Below, one piece after another: positions 8,463 to 15,831 of a stretch of DNA of 22,968 nucleotides. The DNA is from Candidatus Thorarchaeota archaeon. GTDB taxonomy: Archaea; Asgardarchaeota; Thorarchaeia; Thorarchaeales; Thorarchaeaceae. The position numbers and the translations under genes were made by a program. Position 1 is the stretch's first letter. The number at the start of each line of letters is the position of its first letter. The stretch covers positions 1 through 22,968 of the forward strand of contig JAEORO010000033.1 in the NCBI GenBank assembly GCA_016840855.1, read 5' to 3'. The notes under the pieces are model-generated. The model had not been told where the DNA came from, did not search any database, and saw only the letters and a list, made by a program, of their open reading frames with translations.

Positions 8463-9344
8463 TCATCCGGTCAGATGATCCAAAATTGGGTCTGCAGGGA
8501 CTCTGTTCATGCTAAGTCCTACTTCTTCCTCATCCATTCCCAATGCTAGACCAAGTATCTGAGGATAGAGAAGAACTGGTAAATTGTACTCTTCTCCATA
8601 GGATTCTTTCAAACCGAGCTGTTGCAAATCCAATTGATTTCCACAGGCAGGACAGACAACGGTAATGAACTCCGCCCCGGATTCTTTCATCGACTTGAGT
8701 TTGTCACGAGCCAGTCTAATTCCAAGGTTTTCGTTGACAGGAAGAATAGTCGCACCACAACACTGTTTCCATATTGGATATTCTATAACAGATGCTCCAG
8801 TGACCTTGATTAACTCATCTAGATACTCTGGTCTGAACTCAGTCACATCAGCAGGACGCAAAACGTGACAACCATAGTGAATCGCAATTCCTACGCCATC
8901 TAGAGGTTTTGTGACTTTCTTCCTAATCTCATCAATCCCAATGTCCGTATAGAGAGCCTCTACAAAATGGCGAGGGACTATTGTGCCCTTGAATTCAAGA
9001 CCTTCCTTCTTCAGTGTAGTATTGACTTTCTTTCTATAATCGTTATCATGCTTAAGAAAGTGGTAAGTGTCTTTGAGGGATCCAAAACATCCGTTGCATG
9101 GCGTAACAATGTCGTGGCCATTTTTCTCTGCAATAGCCAAGGTTCTTGCATTTACAGTGAGCCACCCGATGTAATCGATTGCACGAAGATTGGGGCTTCC
9201 GCAGCAGGCGACTCCATCCATATACTCCAATTGCATATCAAAGGCTGTTGCAACCTTAATCATTGCTGCTTCATAGTTTGGATAGTTCGCTGGCACACTG
9301 CAGCCCATGTATAAATTGTAAACTGGCACCCTACTCACCACCAC
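8463..9344 (-). CDS. hdrB: Heterodisulfide reductase subunit B (two CCG domains)
   Basis: GC...CCG...PCNGC and HYGCH...CCG...CPAC motifs; start may instead be the GTG at 9329. Confidence 0.95.
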   Translation of the reverse strand: MVVSRVPVYNLYMGCSVPANYPNYEAAMIKVATAFDMQLEYMDGVACCGSPNLRAIDYIGWLTVNARTLAIAEKNGHDIVTPCNGCFGSLKDTYHFLKHDNDYRKKVNTTLKKEGLEFKGTIVPRHFVEALYTDIGIDEIRKKVTKPLDGVGIAIHYGCHVLRPADVTEFRPEYLDELIKVTGASVIEYPIWKQCCGATILPVNENLGIRLARDKLKSMKESGAEFITVVCPACGNQLDLQQLGLKESYGEEYNLPVLLYPQILGLALGMDEEEVGLSMNRVPADPILDHLTG

Positions 9345-9888
9345 TCACAAGCTTGCCTGTCCGGGTTTCTTTCAGAATTTCTTTTACAGCATCAACTGCT
9401 AAACCCGGTACTTCAGGTTCTAAACCCATGTCTTCGCGTTCCCAGTCAGCTGTCACAGTATAGAGTTGGCCTTTCTCAAGCAGCTCTTTGCCTAGGCCAG
9501 TGATATTTGGTGGAACTTTTCCTTGTTCAGCAGCCAAGTTTTTACAGTCAAAGAAAATGTCAGTTACCCGTACTTTCTGAGGACACCTTTCTTGGCACTG
9601 GAAACATGTCAGACAAAGCCAGATTTCATCGGAAGAAAGAACTTCATCACGCATGCCTAGCAGCATCATTCTGATCAGCTGATGTGGTTTGTATTTCCAA
9701 ATGTTAGCAATTGGACATGCAGCAGTGCAGGTTGAACAAGCAAAGCAAGCTGATAGCTCATCGCCATTTGGCATGCTATGAATCTCTTCACGGAATCTAG
9801 TGTCAAGTTTCGACATTTCAATAGGATCAATCAGCGTGACTGGGAGTTCAGTGGGTTCTTTTGTTTCAGCCATGGGTACGCACCACAT
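9331..9888 (-). CDS. hdrC: Heterodisulfide reductase subunit C
   Basis: CFACSTCTAACP and WLCLTCFQCQERCP; alternative start ATG 9873. Confidence 0.95.
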   Translation of the reverse strand: MWCVPMAETKEPTELPVTLIDPIEMSKLDTRFREEIHSMPNGDELSACFACSTCTAACPIANIWKYKPHQLIRMMLLGMRDEVLSSDEIWLCLTCFQCQERCPQKVRVTDIFFDCKNLAAEQGKVPPNITGLGKELLEKGQLYTVTADWEREDMGLEPEVPGLAVDAVKEILKETRTGKLVSGGE

Positions 9889-9934
9889 GTATGCAAGGCT
9901 ATTATGCCAGTTGGCTGAGCGATTTGGGAGCCCA

Positions 9935-9948
9935 TATTAAAAGTTTGC
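9935..9948 (-). promoter_or_regulatory. Putative BRE/TATA promoter of the hdr operon
   Basis: Minus strand GCAAACTTTTAATA about 47 nt upstream of hdrC. Confidence 0.55.
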
Positions 9949-9991
9949 AGAAACGACGAACAGCATAGTTCAACGATATTATGAGTAAAAA

Positions 9992-10180
9992 TTACTCCGG
10001 AAGTCCCTTCAAGTATATCAAGCGAAGAAGGCCGATTGTGCCAAGAGAAACTACGAGCACGAAAGAAACTGGGGCCAGTATACCCCACTGGGTGTCAGGA
10101 TACTGTAGTCCACCTGCTATTGCAAGCGCTATACACACTATGCCAGTTAAGTAAAAAAGCCATTTCCTCTGCAATGACAT
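9992..10180 (-). CDS. Small two-TM membrane protein, hypothetical (62 aa)
   Basis: From ATG 10180: MSLQRKWLFYLTGIVCIALAIAGG and WGILAPVSFVLVVSLGTIGLL hydrophobic segments; stop followed by a T5 tract. Confidence 0.65.
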   Translation of the reverse strand: MSLQRKWLFYLTGIVCIALAIAGGLQYPDTQWGILAPVSFVLVVSLGTIGLLRLIYLKGLPE

Positions 10181-10220
10181 GAACTTGGCAGTGCTTACTG
10201 TACTCTTAGTACTTTCGATG

Positions 10221-10508
10221 CTAAAGGGCTTGTAGCAGCTCATATATTCTCTCAACTCTATTTTTTATGCCATCGAATGGATTTAACGAACTATTACGAA
10301 TCTCTGTACTTGTTCTGATGAGATATGACTTTAGTGCCTTCGCATTACCTTTCATTTTTATGAGCGTTGAGCTGCTCTCATCAAGTAGTCGAAGTGTGTT
10401 AGTGAGCGCAGTTTGGAATTTATCATGCTCTAAGGCGACTTGGTCACGGGATTCGTTGATGAAATCAAAGAGTGCAGATATTTCAGTAGCTATATCTTCT
10501 TTTTTCAT
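10221..10508 (-). CDS. Hypothetical all-helical protein (95 aa)
   Basis: ATGA overlap with the gins15 stop; amphipathic helical pattern; no recognised family. Confidence 0.7.
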   Translation of the reverse strand: MKKEDIATEISALFDFINESRDQVALEHDKFQTALTNTLRLLDESSSTLIKMKGNAKALKSYLIRTSTEIRNSSLNPFDGIKNRVERIYELLQAL

Positions 10509-11119
10509 TGAGAGAAATCCTCCTCAGTGACAATACGGACAACTGTGCCATCCCGTAACCAAGTTCTGGCATTAGCTGCAGGAATCATTGCAACATCTTC
10601 CTTTTTGAAAGGCCCATACGTCTTCTCATCAATACCCAAGAAGGCATCACCGATTGGTTGGAGAAATCTTACAGTCACATAATCAACCATTTCGGAGGAG
10701 GAAGCTTTGGATTCTTCTGTATCATCAGCTTTTTTTGCCTTCTTTGGTTTAGACCCAGCTAGGGAGTCTGCAATAAACTCTGTGTGACCATCAAGAGCTC
10801 GTTGGGTTCTATTGTATAGCTCTTCCTCTGCGAGTGTCATATCACCTGTAGGCTTGTGTCCAGACATGGCAGCTTTCAATATCTTTTGTCTTCGGAGTGT
10901 CAAAAGATCTTCAATCATGAACTCGAGGTTTAGAGCTTCTTGTGTGAGTACATCAGCTTGAACTCGTTTTTCAGTACCCATAGATGCTAGCGATAAACGT
11001 ACACTAGACAGATAAGAGATCATTTTGCTTAGCCGTAGGTCACCTAAATCTTGAAGACTTTCATTCTGTACTTCGTCCTCCCATGCAGATATAACATCAT
11101 TATAGCTTATCTCACTCAA
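10505..11119 (-). CDS. gins15: GINS complex subunit Gins15 (Gins51, A-B domain order)
   Basis: Helical A domain (LRRQKILKAA...LAEEELY), charged linker, C-terminal B domain VRFLQPIGDAFLGIDEKTYGPFKKEDVAMIPAANA; conserved position after priS; start re-assigned to TTG 11119 overlapping the priS stop. Confidence 0.88.
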   Translation of the reverse strand: MSEISYNDVISAWEDEVQNESLQDLGDLRLSKMISYLSSVRLSLASMGTEKRVQADVLTQEALNLEFMIEDLLTLRRQKILKAAMSGHKPTGDMTLAEEELYNRTQRALDGHTEFIADSLAGSKPKKAKKADDTEESKASSSEMVDYVTVRFLQPIGDAFLGIDEKTYGPFKKEDVAMIPAANARTWLRDGTVVRIVTEEDFSQ

Positions 11120-12500
11120 TGATAGCAACTCCTTTGCATAGTACAAATGCTGCTGCCGCTGTTGGTAATTCAACAGATTCTCCGTGATATGGACCATAGG
11201 TTTCATCACCAATTCTAAAAGACGGAACACCAGGAGATTTGCGCAGGAACTTGACCTTCATTTGTCCATCACTAAAGACAATCGCATCGAGAAAAGGATC
11301 GAAGTCGTCTAGTTCATCTCTGGTAAGCTTATTGACTATAAATCCAGTCTTTCCGTTTAGACTACCAATTAGACGAATGACTCTATGAACATCATGTGTC
11401 ACCGGACGGTCTATCTCACCACCATAGAATTCTGCTGCTTTCTCAGCGATTTCTTGCCACGACTTCAATCCAATATCCTTTGCTTCTTTGTTTAAAATAG
11501 GGGGAGTTCTTAACAGTCCATCAAGGGCCGCGACTTTTCCTTTTCTAAGCGGTTTGACCCATCTTTCAGTTCCATCGTATGAATCTATGTTTCGCACAAA
11601 ATTAACAATAGCATCAGCTATCTTACCAGCCCATCCTGGAAAGACTCGGTCTGGTATTCTGTCCACACCACCTTGATTAACAATGACTTTCTCAGTATTG
11701 AAACCTAACCCCATAACGTAGTGTACTATCTGAATACGACCGTTCGAGTCAAGTGTATAGACTCGGGGATCACGAACGCGAATGTGATATCCTCTATGAC
11801 CACTGTAATTGAGTTGAATGGATTCAGGATTGAACCCAAAATCATTAACGATGAAATCATCATAGAGTTTCATTGTGTATTTCTTAGCTTCAGCGAGACA
11901 ATTCTCACATACCCACTTTCTTGTACTGAAACTTGTACCATCACAGTCTGGACAACTTTCAGGAGGAGTGCCAATGCCAGTTCTATGACAATCCTCAGCA
12001 TTACATCGCCATGCGTCATGGTCTTTTGCACATGGTAATTCTAGATGATCTGCATCAATATCGAAGACAAGCTCAGCTCCAAACCATTCCTTTTCATTCA
12101 TATGTCGTGCAACGGGAATCTTATAGAACGCAGCTGAATGATAGACGCTGTGAGGAGCTACTGATGCTAAATCTCGGACAAGTTCATCACGGTTCAAATA
12201 ACCTACATGTCGTTTCCATGTAGTTGTCTGGATGTCAGTAGATCCACAATTTGGACATTTTTTAACATTTGAGAATGATGTTCCAGACTGCCCACATCCT
12301 ATTGTCTTATCCCGTCCAGCCTCGTCACGACTTTTCCTCATAGGACAATACCAGTTGTATTCCCAACTTTGAATACCAAACTCCCTATTGTGTATCTTGT
12401 CAGGAATGTCAATAGATTCAGGGTTGGACTTGTAGTACTCATGGAACATGAATCGCAGTTTCAAGACCGTGCTTGTGAAACCTTGGCTCTGACTTGACAT
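11112..12500 (-). CDS. priS: DNA primase catalytic (small) subunit with two Zn-ribbon-like insertions
   Basis: REFG, YHSAAFY, ELVFDIDAD, YSGHRGYH and IDRPVTHDVHRVIRLIGSLNGKTG motifs. Confidence 0.95.
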   Translation of the reverse strand: MSSQSQGFTSTVLKLRFMFHEYYKSNPESIDIPDKIHNREFGIQSWEYNWYCPMRKSRDEAGRDKTIGCGQSGTSFSNVKKCPNCGSTDIQTTTWKRHVGYLNRDELVRDLASVAPHSVYHSAAFYKIPVARHMNEKEWFGAELVFDIDADHLELPCAKDHDAWRCNAEDCHRTGIGTPPESCPDCDGTSFSTRKWVCENCLAEAKKYTMKLYDDFIVNDFGFNPESIQLNYSGHRGYHIRVRDPRVYTLDSNGRIQIVHYVMGLGFNTEKVIVNQGGVDRIPDRVFPGWAGKIADAIVNFVRNIDSYDGTERWVKPLRKGKVAALDGLLRTPPILNKEAKDIGLKSWQEIAEKAAEFYGGEIDRPVTHDVHRVIRLIGSLNGKTGFIVNKLTRDELDDFDPFLDAIVFSDGQMKVKFLRKSPGVPSFRIGDETYGPYHGESVELPTAAAAFVLCKGVAIIE

Positions 12501-12550
12501 GCACTAGAACCCCATGAATTGGAACCAATGTGTTTGGTACCTCTGTCTTC

Positions 12551-13306
12551 CTATCTTCGTTCTACACGTGGTGCAAGGACGAAGCTTATACTTCCAGCTT
12601 CTGCTATTGGAAATTCCAACATCATTGGTTTATTGGATGTGAATTGAAGCATTAAGCTGTCACTAGCAATCGCTTTTGATATTTCGCTAAGGTAATTGAG
12701 TGCATACATTGCTGCTGATTTACCTGATACTTCAAGCTGGAAAAGCGCCGGAGCATCACCCTTAGTTGTTAATGCGACATTGGCTTCGCCTGTATCACCT
12801 TCACCAGCAAAGGTGAGTTGTTCTGATTCTGCGCTGATTTTCACATGACTAGAAACGACTCCTATGTCTTTGATTGCTTGTTTAAAAGTGTCAGCTAATA
12901 ATTCTGCTTTCGCATCAAATTGAATTCCAGGCTTCTTTGTTTGTTCATCTGGTGGCGTGAGGAGCTGAAGTTTAAACACCCTACTCGCTTGCCCGACCAT
13001 TCTAATTTCAAACCGTTTTTCAGACTCATCAAGATTAAACTCAAGGTGCTCGTCTCCAGCCATCCTTTTGCTCACCTTAGCAAGTTCATCAATACCTAGG
13101 CAAATGTCGTGTTCGCCCTTACATGAATACTCTTGAAAGATTCCAGATGGCAGGGTCAAATCAACCATTGCGGCTTTTGAAGAGTCGAGCTGACGAAGTG
13201 ATATTCCGGATTCAGACACACGAAAATGTGCTTCTGTAAGCAAGGTAGCAAGAGCATCAACAATCTGTTTCCAGGTTTTGGTGCTATCGAGAGTCGCGTG
13301 AAACAT
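12551..13306 (-). CDS. pcn: PCNA sliding clamp, paralogue A
   Basis: LDSSKAAMVDLTLP, FQEY, NKPMMLEF and C-terminal FVLAPRVE signatures; 251 aa. Confidence 0.95.
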   Translation of the reverse strand: MFHATLDSTKTWKQIVDALATLLTEAHFRVSESGISLRQLDSSKAAMVDLTLPSGIFQEYSCKGEHDICLGIDELAKVSKRMAGDEHLEFNLDESEKRFEIRMVGQASRVFKLQLLTPPDEQTKKPGIQFDAKAELLADTFKQAIKDIGVVSSHVKISAESEQLTFAGEGDTGEANVALTTKGDAPALFQLEVSGKSAAMYALNYLSEISKAIASDSLMLQFTSNKPMMLEFPIAEAGSISFVLAPRVERR

Positions 13307-13355
13307 GCCATTATCTCCAATTGTCTGTTAATTAGCGAACTGATATTTGAGGCAA

Positions 13356-13372
13356 AATGATGTAACATCATT
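13356..13372. promoter_or_regulatory. Perfect 17-bp palindrome AATGATGT-A-ACATCATT upstream of pcn paralogue A
   Basis: 8-1-8 inverted repeat in the 184-bp inter-PCNA spacer, about 20 nt downstream of a minus-strand AAAGATATAG box (13390-13399). Confidence 0.55.
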
Positions 13373-13490
13373 AAGCAGTCAGTGTCGCTCTATATCTTTG
13401 AACTAGATTCTCAAAATGGATTCCGCATTTAAAATGTGCCTCTCGGTAGAGTAAAACTCTCCTTTATAGGCAAAACAGAATAGCTTGTCT

Positions 13491-14243
13491 CTACCTTCTC
13501 TCTATTCTTGGAGCTAAAAGGAATTTAATGACTCCACCTTCTGCAATTGAGAATTCAAGCATCACAGGTTTATTCTCAGTCATTCGGAGGGTTAAGGTGT
13601 CACTCGAGATTGCTTTCGCAATTTCTGAAAGGTAAGACAGAGCATACATCGCAGTGGCATCTTGTTTCGCCTCTAGCTGATATAGTAGAGAGTCATCACC
13701 AAGGTTCAAGGAAACCTCAGCTTCACCAACATCACCAACCCCACCAAAGCCTAGTGATTCCTTTGTTACTGTGATTTTCATATGGTTAGAAACAACTCCG
13801 ATGTCCTTTACGACCTGCTTGAACGCATCAGAGAACATTTCAGCATGTGTTTCGAATGTTGGACTAATTTTTTTGGTCCTCTCTTCTGGGGGTGTCAATA
13901 GTTGAATCTTGAATGTTCGTTCAGCTTGACCGATCATCCTAATCTCAAACCGATTCTGAGATTGGTCTAGATAAAATTCAAGTCTATCATCACCAGCGAT
14001 CCGTTTACTAACTTTGACGAGCTCGTCTAATCCTAAACTGACTTCGTATTCGTTTTTGCAGTTATATTCTTGGAATATGCTTGATGGGAGAAAAAGGTCG
14101 ACCATTGCAGCTCTTGAGGAGTCGTATTGAGTCAGTGAGATTCCATCATTTCTGACTATGAAATGAGCTTCTGTGAGTAATGTTGCCAAGGCATCAACAA
14201 TTTGCCTCCATATCTTGCTACTTTCAAGAACTGCGTGAAACAT
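13491..14243 (-). CDS. pcn: PCNA sliding clamp, paralogue B
   Basis: Same signatures (YDSSRAAMVDLFLP, FLLAPRIE); start set at ATG 14243 to match paralogue A, with a GAGGA SD upstream. Confidence 0.95.
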   Translation of the reverse strand: MFHAVLESSKIWRQIVDALATLLTEAHFIVRNDGISLTQYDSSRAAMVDLFLPSSIFQEYNCKNEYEVSLGLDELVKVSKRIAGDDRLEFYLDQSQNRFEIRMIGQAERTFKIQLLTPPEERTKKISPTFETHAEMFSDAFKQVVKDIGVVSNHMKITVTKESLGFGGVGDVGEAEVSLNLGDDSLLYQLEAKQDATAMYALSYLSEIAKAISSDTLTLRMTENKPVMLEFSIAEGGVIKFLLAPRIERR

Positions 14244-14256
14244 CTTTGTCCATTCC

Positions 14257-14649
14257 TCATTCACTCATTGTTCTAGTCACTTTTCCCTCCATATCTCTAA
14301 CTTCTTTATAGAGCGCAATATCAAGTGTATCGATATCATGAGCGATTGATGCATTCAATCTAAGTTCTTTTCCAGTGTCTATTGTCTTTTCTGTCACTTC
14401 TCCAATGAACATGTATTTTTTACTCACTTCGAGTGATCCTTCAACGCTGACTTGAATTTTCCCTGCATTTTTTACATCATCATCGAATATGTCTTGGACT
14501 AGTACCAGGCCTGGACTAGCATCAACAACAATGCCCATTATTCTAACTGGGCCACGAGTATCTGAAGATAGTTTTCGTATCGTAGTGAGTTTAGATGGTT
14601 CTCGACGAGGGAAGCTCTTTTCTTCGGTCACTTTAATTACACCACTCAA
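14257..14649 (-). CDS. Single OB-fold protein, RPA14/RPA3-like ssDNA-binding subunit
   Basis: RREPSKLTTIRKL, VRIMGIVV, YMFIGEV and IAHDIDTLDIALYKEVRDME resemble Thermococcales RPA14 (from memory of the family); replication-gene context; start TTG 14649 or GTG 14631. Confidence 0.7.
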   Translation of the reverse strand: MSGVIKVTEEKSFPRREPSKLTTIRKLSSDTRGPVRIMGIVVDASPGLVLVQDIFDDDVKNAGKIQVSVEGSLEVSKKYMFIGEVTEKTIDTGKELRLNASIAHDIDTLDIALYKEVRDMEGKVTRTMSE

Positions 14650-14712
14650 GATAATAAGAGAGATTGAGCAGTACGATAGTTAAGCTGCTATATCTCGAGG
14701 GCTATAAATATG

Positions 14713-15036
14713 TCAGTACCGACGCCAAGTGTGCTTGCACTCTGTACATCTATAGAACTCTGTTGCACCTTCATCTCCACGTCTTGTCTGTAGAGTCCAG
14801 TAATAGGCATCGTTGTTTCCACATTTTGGACATGTTTCCTTTGTAATGGGCATGGGTATAGAGTCATCATCTACAACAACTATCTTGTCACGTGGAGTTT
14901 TCTCAAATGTCTGAGAAACTGTGAGCTGCCCTTTGATTTTTTTCGTATGTCCACAGCTTCTACATTTTAAGACTCTGTTACCATCGTCCTCTGTGGTGGG
15001 TATCATCATTGCGCCGCATTTGTCACAGAATTCCAT
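14713..15036 (-). CDS. tfs: Transcription factor S (TFS, RpoM/RPB9 family)
   Basis: Two Zn ribbons; QTRRGDEGATEFYRC with the catalytic acidic DE pair. Confidence 0.95.
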   Translation of the reverse strand: MEFCDKCGAMMIPTTEDDGNRVLKCRSCGHTKKIKGQLTVSQTFEKTPRDKIVVVDDDSIPMPITKETCPKCGNNDAYYWTLQTRRGDEGATEFYRCTECKHTWRRY

Positions 15037-15104
15037 GAAATAATCACTTCTCGGCTGGAGCGTTTGGATTTCAATTAAGCATTACGACAAGGTACATTCA
15101 ATGG

Positions 15105-15515
15105 TTAAGGCAACAAAGTGATGTGTTGCTCTAGGAAATGTTGGAATGACTGAGCTGCAATCACTTCTTCTCTCTTTCTATTTGTCTTTGAATCTATTTG
15201 AAGGGTTTGAACAAGATTTTCAACTATTTCTTGTACTGTTATTCTCTCTTTCATCCACAAGTATGCTACTATTGCTTCGTAGGCATCGGCTGCTTTCCCG
15301 GAATCGGTTCTGTGAGAGATGTGTCTGTAAACTTCTGTTGCACGTATTGCTCGAGCCAGTATGCTATCCTTTACTTTGTCACCTGTAGCATTACCGAGGA
15401 CTTTGGATTTCGCTAGAGAGTAACATAGGTTAACAATTGCATCACCTATCTTTGCTAGACCTTTATCATTCATTATCTCTTCGACAGATTGATGCTGGAC
15501 AAAGGTCTCCCACAT
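15105..15515 (-). CDS. Archaeal RNase III-like (mini-III type) domain protein
   Basis: DKGLAKIGDAIVN and ADAYEAIVAYLW RNase III signature-like motifs; position next to rpoL. Confidence 0.8.
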   Translation of the reverse strand: MWETFVQHQSVEEIMNDKGLAKIGDAIVNLCYSLAKSKVLGNATGDKVKDSILARAIRATEVYRHISHRTDSGKAADAYEAIVAYLWMKERITVQEIVENLVQTLQIDSKTNRKREEVIAAQSFQHFLEQHITLLP

Positions 15516-15538
15516 ATGAAAGGCCCCCCAGGCATAGT

Positions 15539-15829
15539 TTAGTCAACATTATGGTCTAAAACTGCTTGTTTGAATTTCTTACGGAACTCTTCAGTTCTTG
15601 CAAGCATCTTCTCAAGAGCTTCTCTTAGGACGACATTTGACTGGCGCCGTTTTGTCCTTAATGTCAGGATTGGACTTGCAAGTAGTGGGTGTTCAATATT
15701 ATATCCAGCAAATTCAACTGAGGACTCTTCCAGAAGTGTTTTACGAAGCAGATTTGGGAATGAATGTCCCTCTCCACCAATCTCAAATTTAATTTCAAAC
15801 TTAGAATGTTCAATAGTTCTTGGCTTCAT
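15539..15829 (-). CDS. rpoL: RNA polymerase subunit L (Rpo11)
   Basis: GEGHSFPNLLR and VEFAGYNIEHPL motifs. Confidence 0.95.
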   Translation of the reverse strand: MKPRTIEHSKFEIKFEIGGEGHSFPNLLRKTLLEESSVEFAGYNIEHPLLASPILTLRTKRRQSNVVLREALEKMLARTEEFRKKFKQAVLDHNVD

Positions 15830-15831
15830 GT

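Noticed and set aside
1-9888. Selenocysteine (in-frame TGA) in HdrA/MvhD, or a SECIS element
   Set aside because: The visible ligand positions are Cys (or Ser) codons, and the TGA codons sit at natural gene ends; no convincing SECIS next to a recoded gene
10181-10255. Longer 87-aa version of the small membrane protein
   Set aside because: It would overlap the 95-aa gene; ATG 10180 starts right before the first TM helix
11120-11230. 37-aa N-terminal extension of Gins15
   Set aside because: Lies inside the priS 3' end; TTG at 11119 gives a normal-length, coupled Gins15
13426-13460. Short inverted repeats CATTT-A-AAATG and AGAGT-AAA-ACTCT
   Set aside because: 5-bp arms are expected by chance in AT-rich spacer DNA
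12551-14243. PCNA tandem as an assembly duplication
   Set aside because: The copies differ at about 35% of residues and have an indel, so they are genuine paralogues
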